Source: Minisyncoccia bacterium
Lineage (GTDB): Bacteria; Patescibacteriota; Minisyncoccia; Phycocordibacterales; UBA9973
Direction of reading: 5' to 3'
Assembly (NCBI GenBank): GCA_041737125.1
Contig: JBGSSJ010000013.1
Coordinates: 6,236 to 70,235, forward strand
Length of the DNA stretch: 64,000 nt
The position numbers were made by a program, and so were the translations under genes. A model generated the notes under the pieces. That model did no database searches, was not told the DNA's origin, and saw only the letters and a program-made list of their open reading frames with translations. Positions within the stretch are counted from its first letter, which is position 1, and every line of letters starts with the position of its first letter. Of the stretch, positions 55,799 through 64,000 are shown one piece after another.

Positions 55799-56788
55799 CT
55801 AACTACTTATTTTCTTACTTCTTTCATTATATTCTTCATTTATTCTTGTAACACTAATTTCAGAAGCATTCGTAATTTCATTAACTTTCCATTGAAGATT
55901 TTTCTCAAGATTTGTTTTCTCACTTGGTGCTTTATTTATAAGCTCTTGGTAAGTTAAGGTTAAGTCATGTATTTTAACATTTTGTTCTTTTCTTATATCT
56001 TCTATCATCTTATCTTTTGCACCTTGAAGTATTCTAAAAAGTTGCTGTTCAGACACATCGTACATCTCTTGGAATTTCTTAGGATCGAAATTCGGAGTGG
56101 TCATTGTGCTATACATTTTTGCATTCTCTACAGAAGTAGGAAACATTTGTGAATAATTTTCCATATCTTGTGCAAATTTTGCTTTTACTTCAGGAACACT
56201 CGAATTAAGCATGGCGTTTTTAATTTCTTGGCCCACTACACCTTCTTCCATTTTAGCTTTGTCCTCTGGTGCAAGTTGAGAGAATATATCCTTGTATTTT
56301 TCTAAATCTTCTTTATTAGTTAGAGAACTTGCGTACATATTCAAAGCACTATCATACCCGCGTCCATACCGCTCCAATTTATCTGAACCACCAGTCATTT
56401 CCCTTATCATTTCTGTTGAATTAAAAACTTCCGCACTAGATGGTGTTTCTACTTCTTTAACTTCTTCTGTTTTAGGATTTTCAGCATTCGTCGTTTCAAC
56501 TTCTTTTATTTCTTCTTCTGCTTTTTTCTCTATTTCTTCTGCTCTTACTTCCACGGATTTAGTTCGGATTTCTGCTTCTTCTTGAGTTCCCCCTTGATTT
56601 CCAATCATACTTTTTTCACTTTCACTTACTTCTTCTGCTTGCTTAGTAGCATTTTCTATTTCTAAAATTGCTGCATTCGCAAATTCTTCTATGTCATCTT
56701 TACCAGCCTTGAAAGCTTCTACTGCGATTTCCTTAAGTTTGTTTACATTTCCTTCTTGCTTTGCTTGATTTATTATTTCTTCAGTCAT
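55799..56788 (-). CDS. Acidic helical hypothetical protein
   Basis: 329-aa Glu-rich ORF, no TM or recognised motif. Confidence 0.75.
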   Translation of the reverse strand: MTEEIINQAKQEGNVNKLKEIAVEAFKAGKDDIEEFANAAILEIENATKQAEEVSESEKSMIGNQGGTQEEAEIRTKSVEVRAEEIEKKAEEEIKEVETTNAENPKTEEVKEVETPSSAEVFNSTEMIREMTGGSDKLERYGRGYDSALNMYASSLTNKEDLEKYKDIFSQLAPEDKAKMEEGVVGQEIKNAMLNSSVPEVKAKFAQDMENYSQMFPTSVENAKMYSTMTTPNFDPKKFQEMYDVSEQQLFRILQGAKDKMIEDIRKEQNVKIHDLTLTYQELINKAPSEKTNLEKNLQWKVNEITNASEISVTRINEEYNERSKKISS

Positions 56789-56798
56789 AAAATTATAA

Positions 56799-56963
56799 TT
56801 AACTTTCTAATATATGCGCACGAATTGCCTCTATCTTCTTTGCTTCTAATTCTTTTACATAATCAAGAATAATCTGATGACGCTCTTCGCCTAGAACACG
56901 GAGCTCTGCTAGAGCTCTGTCAGTTATCTCTTTTATCTTTTGCGCTTGTTCTTGTGGTGTCAT
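56799..56963 (-). CDS. Small helical hypothetical protein
   Basis: MTPQEQAQKIKEITDRALAEL... 54 aa; TTGACA (57002-56997) and TATTAT promoter boxes upstream. Confidence 0.6.
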   Translation of the reverse strand: MTPQEQAQKIKEITDRALAELRVLGEERHQIILDYVKELEAKKIEAIRAHILES

Positions 56964-57007
56964 AATATACGCTAATAATACTACATACATAATTAGTGTC
57001 AATAAAT

Positions 57008-57039
57008 TAGCATAAAGAATTATGTAATTCTTTATGCTA
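57008..57039. promoter_or_regulatory. Palindrome in the divergent promoter region of priA
   Basis: TAGCATAAAGAATTA-TG-TAATTCTTTATGCTA overlapping extended -10 TGcTAGGAT. Confidence 0.5.
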
Positions 57040-57049
57040 GGATATATGT

Positions 57050-59011
57050 ATGTATATCGCTACCGTAATACCCATCAAGAAAGGAATAGAGAAAGAGTAT
57101 CTTTCTTACTTTTCATCTACGGACATACCACTCGGTAGTATCGTCAGCATTCCTGTCCGACTTAAGACTATCGATGGCATAGTAGTGGGCATTGAGGATG
57201 CGCATTCACTGAAGAGTGACATCAAGAACAGGGACTACCAACTGAAGAAAATAATCGAAGTCAAAAGTAGCTCCCCTTTCACGCATGAATTCTTCACCAC
57301 ATGTGCGCGTATGAAAGACTACACACTCAGTCAGACAGGTAGTATTATCCAAGCCATGATGCCTAGTGTATTCCTCGACAACATCGCCTTACTTAAAAAT
57401 AAAACAAATAACAAAGAAGAGTTACCAAGTGAGAACATCAAGCACGAGAAGCTCATCTTCCAAGCATTGAAGCCTGATCGTATTTCCTTCTATCGCACTC
57501 TTATCCGCGAAGCATTTGCGAAGAAGGAATCTATTTATATATGTGTCCCTACCAGATACGATGCGCTAGAGTGGGAGGCTGCACTGACGAAAGGTATAGA
57601 GCAGTACGTCTTCACATTCTATGGCGACAAAGGTAAGAAAGCGCTCATCAATAACTATAATGAAGTTGTAAGTACCGAGCACCCTGTACTTATCATCGGT
57701 ACTGGTATGTTCCTCTCTATACCAAGAGGAGATATTAAGACTGTAATACTTGAACACGAAAGCTCTGACTCATACAAGCATATAGGCAAACCATACCTCG
57801 ATGTGCGTAGCTTCGTCGAAGTACTCTCTTCACTACAGAGGTCCAAGCTCATCATTGCAGACACACTCATCCGCCCAGACACTCTCTACCGACACGATGA
57901 AGGTGAGCTTGGCGAAGTCCACCACCCACATTTCCGGCTCCCTACAACTGAGCGACAAATTATCATAGACATGAAGGAAGAGATGGATGAGAAAGGTTCA
58001 AAGAAGTTCAAAGTATTGTCAGATAAAACGGTAGCGATGATAAACCATGCGATACAGCATAATGAATCCGTCTTCTTATTCTCTGTACGGAAAGGTTTGG
58101 CTGGAGTGACAGTCTGTCATGATTGCGGACATACACTCCTCTGCCCAAACTGTTCATCACCTGTTGTGCTCTATGGTAGTAAGCAAAGAAATGCGACCAA
58201 GGTTCCTGGCAAGGAAGCTACACGTATATTCATGTGTAATAAATGTGGCCACAAGGAGGATACCGAAGTCCGCTGTACAGAGTGCACTAGCTGGAACCTG
58301 ACTCCACTAGGTATAGGTACTGACCGAGTCTACGCCGAAGTAAAAGAATTATTTAAAAATGTAGACATTATCCAGATAGACAAGGAAGCCACACCCACAG
58401 ACAAAGAAGCAAAAATTGCAATAAATACTTTTTATAAAAAGAGTGGGTCCATACTTATCGGTACTGAAATGGCATTCTCGTATATTCATACTTCTATCGC
58501 TCATAGTGCTATCATATCGCTTGATGGTTTACTTTCTATTCCTTCATTCAACATCACGCAGAAGATTCTACACATCATCGAGAAGTTGCACAGTATGACA
58601 GAAAAGAATCTAATCATACAGACAAGGTTACCAGACAACCAAATACTAAGTCATATACTAAGTGGCAATGTATTGCCTCTATATCGTGAAGATTTAAATG
58701 AACGCAAAGCTTTCGGCTACCCACCATTCAAGAGGCTAATCAAGATCACATTCACAGGTACAGCAAGTGAGACGGAGAAAGCACGAAGCTACCTCGACCA
58801 AGCATTATCCAAATACGAACCACAGATATTCTCGGCTTTCGTAGGTAAAGTAAAAGGCCAGTATATAACGAACACCATAATCAAAATCGATCCGAAAGAA
58901 TGGCAACTGCCCACAAGAGATAGAACAGCTACCCCATCTCACCTCTCCGAAGTCCTATATACTCTGCCTCCATCATTCTCGATAAACGTAGACCCAGAAG
59001 ATTTGTTGTAA
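57050..59011 (+). CDS. priA: Primosomal protein N' (PriA), helicase motifs degenerate
   Basis: 3'-binding domain GSIVSIP, RKG + four CxxC, GIGTDRV, ILIGTE, IIQT, ERKAFGYPPF; Walker A and DExH not intact. Confidence 0.88.
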   Translation: MYIATVIPIKKGIEKEYLSYFSSTDIPLGSIVSIPVRLKTIDGIVVGIEDAHSLKSDIKNRDYQLKKIIEVKSSSPFTHEFFTTCARMKDYTLSQTGSIIQAMMPSVFLDNIALLKNKTNNKEELPSENIKHEKLIFQALKPDRISFYRTLIREAFAKKESIYICVPTRYDALEWEAALTKGIEQYVFTFYGDKGKKALINNYNEVVSTEHPVLIIGTGMFLSIPRGDIKTVILEHESSDSYKHIGKPYLDVRSFVEVLSSLQRSKLIIADTLIRPDTLYRHDEGELGEVHHPHFRLPTTERQIIIDMKEEMDEKGSKKFKVLSDKTVAMINHAIQHNESVFLFSVRKGLAGVTVCHDCGHTLLCPNCSSPVVLYGSKQRNATKVPGKEATRIFMCNKCGHKEDTEVRCTECTSWNLTPLGIGTDRVYAEVKELFKNVDIIQIDKEATPTDKEAKIAINTFYKKSGSILIGTEMAFSYIHTSIAHSAIISLDGLLSIPSFNITQKILHIIEKLHSMTEKNLIIQTRLPDNQILSHILSGNVLPLYREDLNERKAFGYPPFKRLIKITFTGTASETEKARSYLDQALSKYEPQIFSAFVGKVKGQYITNTIIKIDPKEWQLPTRDRTATPSHLSEVLYTLPPSFSINVDPEDLL

Positions 59012-59028
59012 AATCTTATAAATAAAAT

Positions 59029-59068
59029 GCATAAAATACTTGACAAGTCAAGTATTTTATGCTATTCT
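59029..59068 (+). promoter_or_regulatory. Palindrome after priA containing the next gene's promoter
   Basis: GCATAAAATACTTGAC-AA-GTCAAGTATTTTATGC; TTGACA 59040-59045, 17 nt, TATTCT 59063-59068. Confidence 0.55.
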
Positions 59069-59180
59069 TTAGTCAAATTAGTGCGCTAAACCGATGGCAC
59101 TTAAAAGCTGTTTTTTGACAGATAAGACCCTATTCCAAGGGTTGAAAGAATCGGATTTTATATTTATTAAATTTTTCAAA

Positions 59181-60407
59181 ATGAAAAATCAAACAAATGA
59201 ATGGTTGAAAAAAATTACCAACCTTTCGAAAAATGTTGCAAATGAGTTAACTTTCTGGTTCCTCGCACCCATTGCGATGGTGCTGGCAGTAGTTATCCCA
59301 AAAACATTGGGGCTGGGTACGTCAGTATCAATAACTACTCTAATCGCCGTAATGGTGCTATATATGATCCTAAGAACGGATTATGTAAGAACCAAAAGAT
59401 TTGACGAATACGAAGAAAATTTTCGTCACACACTCACACTCTCAGTATTTTTCTTTTTTATTTTTTCTTATTTAGAACAAGTAGCACCTCGCAATCCATG
59501 GGGGGCTATGGGTTGGATTATTGCATTAACTACTTACTCAATTGTGGTGATTCTGCTACTGTTAAAAAACAAAAAAGGGTTAAAAAGATTCTCTGTTTAC
59601 AATTGGGGGTTAGTTGCAGTTGCACCAATATTTGTAATTGGTTGTATCGCGGAAATATACCTCCATTGGGCTATGTGGTGGGTATGGGTTCCAATAGGGG
59701 CTATATTTTTCTTTGCTTTTACTTCAATCTATTCTAATTTAGATGAATTCTGCAAAGAAGATTTAAAACCTATTCTGATACTTCTTGGAATCGGAGTTGT
59801 CAGTATAATCTGGCAATTTTGGACCCTTGAAACATTTTGGAGCCTGAAGCTTTGGGAACTTCTTTGCTGGGTTGTGGGTGTAATCGTTGTAATTTTATTT
59901 TTAATTTTTCTTTATGCTACCCTAGAAAAACAAAATGAAGAGAGAAGAGAAAGAGAACTGTATGAAAAAAATAAAACTGAAAACGAGAAACAGGCCATGG
60001 AGAATCTAAATAAAGCGATGCAAATGAAGGAAGACCTGCAAAATTCACCTAAAAGTGGAATGATAATGTCTCAAGAAATTATTGAATTTCTTAAGTTTGT
60101 ATATAAATTCCATCTTTCGAACCGTGTTTGTCTTAAGCCCCAAGTATTGGTTGAACTAAAAATAATTGATTTAATTGAGGTTTCTGAAGTAAAAAAACAG
60201 ATTCGATTTGAGAACGATGCTGTTCTGGTTGCCTTTTATCATTTCAATAGTTTAGTCAAAGATTGCTTTGACGACGAAATCCTTAATAGTTTGAGAGAGC
60301 AGTTGCTCAAACTGGAAATTTTAGAGGATTATAAAGGTTATGATGTCCTCGTTAATTTAAGGGATAAGAACAACTTCCAACATATATTAAAACTGCTTCA
60401 GGGCTAA
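59181..60407 (+). CDS. Polytopic membrane protein with soluble C-terminal domain, unknown function
   Basis: About 8 TM helices, then coiled coil and helical domain; start moved to MKNQT. Confidence 0.75.
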   Translation: MKNQTNEWLKKITNLSKNVANELTFWFLAPIAMVLAVVIPKTLGLGTSVSITTLIAVMVLYMILRTDYVRTKRFDEYEENFRHTLTLSVFFFFIFSYLEQVAPRNPWGAMGWIIALTTYSIVVILLLLKNKKGLKRFSVYNWGLVAVAPIFVIGCIAEIYLHWAMWWVWVPIGAIFFFAFTSIYSNLDEFCKEDLKPILILLGIGVVSIIWQFWTLETFWSLKLWELLCWVVGVIVVILFLIFLYATLEKQNEERRERELYEKNKTENEKQAMENLNKAMQMKEDLQNSPKSGMIMSQEIIEFLKFVYKFHLSNRVCLKPQVLVELKIIDLIEVSEVKKQIRFENDAVLVAFYHFNSLVKDCFDDEILNSLREQLLKLEILEDYKGYDVLVNLRDKNNFQHILKLLQG

Positions 60408-60432
60408 AAAGCTTTGAATCCGAAATAAACTC

Positions 60433-60462
60433 AATGCCAGTCGTTACCAAACGACTGGCATT
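60433..60462 (+). terminator. Intrinsic terminator
   Basis: AATGCCAGTCGTT-ACCA-AACGACTGGCATT. Confidence 0.75.
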
Positions 60463-60473
60463 TACTATTTTAT

Positions 60474-60502
60474 TTGACAAGTGAACTATTCTATACTATC
60501 GT
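60474..60502 (+). promoter_or_regulatory. Sigma70-type promoter of orphan gene
   Basis: TTGACA-17 nt-TATCGT. Confidence 0.45.
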
Positions 60503-60615
60503 TGAGGGTAATTATAGAACTTTGAAATAGTTTTTAATTATTGAAGTTACAACTTTGTGCTTATTGTTATATGAACATAAAGTTGTAACTTCACTTAATA
60601 TTTAAAACTTACAAA

Positions 60616-61020
60616 ATGGAAAACAGAAAAACATTCGCACAGCTCGTTTCAGAGAACTCAAATGGTTTGTTCGAGTTAGCCCCTCCTGTCCCCAAATCTG
60701 AATATAAAGGCAGAGACTGGGAAAAAGAACTCAAGACAACCACCATTTTGATTCATAAATCACAAGGAGATTGGATTGCCTTTCCCGGAGTTAAGATTCC
60801 AGTACTTGTACACACAAGAATAGGTCGGGATGGCGACCCAGAAGTTCTATTCTTACTAGAGATACTTAAGAGTGATGAACTCGTTCATTTTTATCTATTA
60901 TTGATAGATGAAGTTCTTCTACCTTTATTAAAAGACGAGACACAGCACATTCTTAGTATCCACCAACTATATTGCAATAGCTGGGAACAAACCTTTAAAC
61001 TCACACAAATGAAGATTTAA
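60616..61020 (+). CDS. Orphan hypothetical protein
   Basis: 134-aa ORF with own promoter, 5' hairpin and downstream imperfect hairpin. Confidence 0.65.
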   Translation: MENRKTFAQLVSENSNGLFELAPPVPKSEYKGRDWEKELKTTTILIHKSQGDWIAFPGVKIPVLVHTRIGRDGDPEVLFLLEILKSDELVHFYLLLIDEVLLPLLKDETQHILSIHQLYCNSWEQTFKLTQMKI

Positions 61021-61147
61021 AACTTTTTCATTATTAAACAAAAAACGACCTGTTATACCCAGCAAGGCTTAACCGGTTGTTTTCTTTTTATATTAAGATA
61101 TTTCACCTTGCTTCGAAGTAAACTATATGTTAATATAATTTTTACAT

Positions 61148-61399
61148 ATGATAACAGTTATAGAAGTGAAGAAGAATACAAATGAGAGCAACATGAACCT
61201 AGTTCGTCGTTTTTCTCGTAAGGTTCAAGAATCTGGCATTATCCAGAAAGTGAAGAGTAAGCGCTACAATGAGCGTGATTTATCAAAACTAAAGACAAAG
61301 CAAGCAACTCTCAAGCGCCTTGCTCGTCGCAAGAACCACGAGAAGCTACTAAAGCTTGGTAAGGTGCAAGCAGTAGTGAAGAGAGGTGGTAGACGTTAA
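61148..61399 (+). CDS. rpsU: 30S ribosomal protein bS21 (divergent)
   Basis: IEVKKNTNES..LVRRFSRKVQESGII..KRYNER; small and basic; precedes ybeY. Confidence 0.8.
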   Translation: MITVIEVKKNTNESNMNLVRRFSRKVQESGIIQKVKSKRYNERDLSKLKTKQATLKRLARRKNHEKLLKLGKVQAVVKRGGRR

Positions 61400-61403
61400 T
61401 CAC

Positions 61404-61793
61404 ATGAAGTCTGACTTACTAAATATAAGCAACCAAACAAAAGGCATTCCGACACCAAAAGGAGTGCCTTTTGTCTCTATCAAGGACAAGATGCTAGGCA
61501 AGAAGTATGATCTCTCGGTCAGCTTCCTCTCCCCTGCCAATCAAAGGAAGATAAACAGACAGTACAGAGGCAAAGATAAGACGACAAATATTCTATCATT
61601 CACCTTGGGTGAGAATTCTGGGGAAATTACTTTTGACCTCGCACAAGTGAAGCGTGATGCACCGAAGTTTTATATGAATTACACCAAATTCTTGAAGTTC
61701 CTGTTTATCCACGGATGCCTGCATTTGAAAGGTTGGCAACATAGTAGTACAATGGAGAAAGAGGAACAGAAGTATCTCAAAATTTTTGAGTAA
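61404..61793 (+). CDS. ybeY: rRNA maturation endoribonuclease YbeY
   Basis: INRQYRGKDKTTNILSF, GEI, HGCLHLKGWQH. Confidence 0.92.
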   Translation: MKSDLLNISNQTKGIPTPKGVPFVSIKDKMLGKKYDLSVSFLSPANQRKINRQYRGKDKTTNILSFTLGENSGEITFDLAQVKRDAPKFYMNYTKFLKFLFIHGCLHLKGWQHSSTMEKEEQKYLKIFE

Positions 61794-61821
61794 TATTTTC
61801 ATAAACTCTTCATAAATTTTA

Positions 61822-63012
61822 ATGTCAAGAAATAATTATACTTGTGGTATTGATGTCGGTACGCACACAACGAAAGTTGTGGTTATTGGCCATGAGAAAA
61901 ATAGCGACAGGAATGACAAATCCCCTATCACACTAGCTACAGGTAAAGCCGATACTGAAGGAGTGCGCCTAGGTTATATTACGAATACTGACCAAGTAGC
62001 AAAGAGTATCAAGGAAGCAGCCACTCAAGCAGAGAAAGTTCTCGGTTTTAAAATCAAACATGCATATGTATCTATCGGTGGAGTAAACTTATCTTCGATT
62101 ATATCTACGGGCTCAGTTATCATCTCTCGTGCTGATCAAGAAGTTACGCAACTAGACATAACGAAAGCCATTGCAGATAGCGAAGAAAATCTAGAAATTT
62201 TAAATAAGAAAATAATTCATGTCATCCCAGTGTCCTACAAACTAGATGGCAAAGATTTGCATGGCAGGCCTGAAGGTATGCGTGGGGTGAAGCTTGAAGT
62301 TCGTACATTATTTGTGACATGTTCGAAGCAGAACATAGAGGACCTAGTCACTGCAGTAGGTCTTGCTGGTATAGACATTGAGGAAATAATAGCATCACCT
62401 CTTGCTACTTCAAACATACTACTCAATACGAAGCAAAAAAGGGCCGGCTGTGCCCTACTCGACATAGGCGCAGAGACAGTGTCCATGTCAATATTCGAGA
62501 ATAACACCCTTATGTCACTCCAATCATTCTCTATAGGTAGTATGGACATAACGAAAGATGTAGCTCTGGGCTTACGTATATCACTCGAAGAAGCAGAGAG
62601 TATTAAGCTCGGCAGTGTGATAGGTGGCGACTATCCGAAGAAGAAAGTAGACGAGATTATAGAAGCAAGATTAGGCGACATATTCGAGCTAGCAGGAAAC
62701 CATCTGAAGCGCCAGCGTCGTAGCGAATTACTTCCAGCAGGAATAATTATAACTGGTGGTGGTGCACATATAAGTAAAATCGAGGAGCTCGCGAAGAATC
62801 AACTAAAGCTACCATGTCGAGTCGGCCCGTCTGATATCGGAATAAATAATAAATTAAAAGTAAAAGATCTCTCTTGGTATACAGCTTACGGACTTGCACT
62901 ATCCTCTGGTGAGAATAATTCAGAGAGTGGTAGTATGGATGGAGCATTCGGTGACAACATAAAACAAGTAAAGGGATTTTTCAAATCTATTCTTTCTCAA
63001 CTTTTACCCTAA
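61822..63012 (+). CDS. ftsA: Cell division protein FtsA
   Basis: GIDVGT, GVRLG, LLDIGAET, ITKDVA..AESIK, GIIITGGG, C-terminal amphipathic helix; precedes ftsZ. Confidence 0.95.
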   Translation: MSRNNYTCGIDVGTHTTKVVVIGHEKNSDRNDKSPITLATGKADTEGVRLGYITNTDQVAKSIKEAATQAEKVLGFKIKHAYVSIGGVNLSSIISTGSVIISRADQEVTQLDITKAIADSEENLEILNKKIIHVIPVSYKLDGKDLHGRPEGMRGVKLEVRTLFVTCSKQNIEDLVTAVGLAGIDIEEIIASPLATSNILLNTKQKRAGCALLDIGAETVSMSIFENNTLMSLQSFSIGSMDITKDVALGLRISLEEAESIKLGSVIGGDYPKKKVDEIIEARLGDIFELAGNHLKRQRRSELLPAGIIITGGGAHISKIEELAKNQLKLPCRVGPSDIGINNKLKVKDLSWYTAYGLALSSGENNSESGSMDGAFGDNIKQVKGFFKSILSQLLP

Positions 63013-63061
63013 ATCGAAATTATATTTCGATCGGGCGTCCCGATGTTATCGGGATTAGCCC
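63013..63061. repeat. Twin hairpin (REP-like) in the ftsA-ftsZ spacer
   Basis: ATCGAAAT-TAT-ATTTCGAT followed by GGGC.TCCCGAT-GTT-ATCGGGA..GCCC. Confidence 0.55.
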
Positions 63062-63172
63062 ATAATTAAGACATAATATCATCTTCTGTCAAATATTTGC
63101 TTTTTACAAATATCTGCTATTATGTACATACGTAATTTATTATTAATAAGGATGCTTTTATCTACATAACAT

Positions 63173-64000
63173 ATGCCTAAAATAAACCCAGACATCGAAT
63201 CATTCGCCCGCATTAAAGTAATCGGTATTGGTGGTTCCGGAAAGAACGCTCTTAATCACATGATCAACTCCAAAGTCAAAGGAGTTGAGTTTATCGTAAT
63301 GAATACAGATACTCAAGATCTGCATAATTCTCTAGCGGAGAAGAAAGTCCACCTCGGTAAGAACCTTACGAAAGGTCTAGGTGCCGGAATGAACCCTGAG
63401 ATCGGTAGACGCGCAGCCGAAGAAACAAAAGCCGAAATACAAGATGTCATAAAGGGTGCAGATATGGTATTCATCGCTTGTGGTATGGGTGGAGGTACAG
63501 GCACAGGAGCAGCCCCTATTGTTGCTCAAGCAGCAAAGGAACAAGGCATACTTACAGTTGCTGTAGTTACAAAGCCGTTCTCATTCGAAGGCAACCAGCG
63601 CATGAAGCTCGCCGATGAAGGCCTCTCTCTACTTGAGCAGGAAGTTGATGCGATACTAGTTATACCGAATGACCGTTTAATAATTATATCTGGTAAGGAA
63701 GTAGGATTCAGACAAGCTTTCGAAATGTGTGATGAAGTCCTCAAGCAAGCAGTAGAGGGTATTTCTGAACTTATCACTACGCCAGGAATGGTGAACGTGG
63801 ACTTCGCAGATATACGTGCAGTCATGCATGATGCAGGAAGTGCTCTTATGGGTGTAGGTATAGCTGCCGGTGAAGGACGCGCGGAGAAAGCAGCTCTATC
63901 TGCTATTAATTCCCCTCTTCTTGATCTATCTATATCTGGTGCTAAAGGAGTACTCTTCGCTATATCAGGCGGAGACGACCTCACAATACACGAGATAAGC
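63173..64000 (+). CDS. ftsZ: Cell division protein FtsZ, runs off the window edge
   Basis: Not in ORF track; hand-translated MPKINPDIESFARIKVIGIGGSGKNA..., GMGGGTGTG, PFSFEG, NVDFAD. Confidence 0.97.
   Translation, partial: MPKINPDIESFARIKVIGIGGSGKNALNHMINSKVKGVEFIVMNTDTQDLHNSLAEKKVHLGKNLTKGLGAGMNPEIGRRAAEETKAEIQDVIKGADMVFIACGMGGGTGTGAAPIVAQAAKEQGILTVAVVTKPFSFEGNQRMKLADEGLSLLEQEVDAILVIPNDRLIIISGKEVGFRQAFEMCDEVLKQAVEGISELITTPGMVNVDFADIRAVMHDAGSALMGVGIAAGEGRAEKAALSAINSPLLDLSISGAKGVLFAISGGDDLTIHEIS

Noticed and set aside
246-63984. The many short opposite-strand ORFs in the track (e.g. 246..515, 19947..20489, 36341..36967, 63526..63984)
   Set aside because: They are antisense shadows of well-supported genes with no independent motifs.
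57050-64000. Switch from mostly minus-strand to plus-strand genes as a replication origin or terminus
   Set aside because: Only 7 kb of plus-strand genes is visible, with no dnaA, DnaA-box cluster or dif-like site seen at the switch; needs whole-genome skew.

Overview
An AT-rich bacterial chromosomal segment read in the standard genetic code. Gene content and style point to Patescibacteria (CPR), most likely Parcubacteria/Paceibacteria: short core proteins, almost no Shine-Dalgarno sites, a degenerate PriA, AlaRS without the C-Ala domain, a stand-alone PaaX/Cas2-like gene and Cys-rich 'CxxC' repeat proteins. This assignment is an inference, not a database result. Most of the window is housekeeping: five aminoacyl-tRNA synthetases (gltX, aspS, trpS, cysS, alaS), cell wall and division genes (mraY, ftsW, murG, mltG, mreB, ftsA, ftsZ), scpAB, dnaB, recR, priA, grpE/dnaK/dnaJ, the infA-rpmJ-rpsM-rpsK-rpsD-rpoA-rplQ-rplM-rpsI block, typA, frr and rseP. 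I saw no rRNA, tRNA, CRISPR array, integrase or transposase. The best candidates for new biology are: (1) a ~9 kb accessory block (14.6-23.5 kb) in which a Cys-rich membrane protein, an unknown soluble enzyme-like protein and an orphan multi-TM histidine kinase form a tightly coupled operon next to an EamA exporter, a polyamine pathway (Arg decarboxylase, agmatinase, DHS-like synthase), a variant DUF62 enzyme and a GNAT, possibly a make-export-sense signalling system; (2) a 111-bp palindromic element inserted in frame in mnmA, plus other dispersed palindromic and short tandem repeats; (3) window-wide extended -10 promoters 6-9 nt from start codons (leaderless mRNAs), contrasting with long 5' hairpins in front of orphan genes; (4) an unannotated 46-aa pilin-like ORF and an FtsA-like/baseplate-J-like gene pair.
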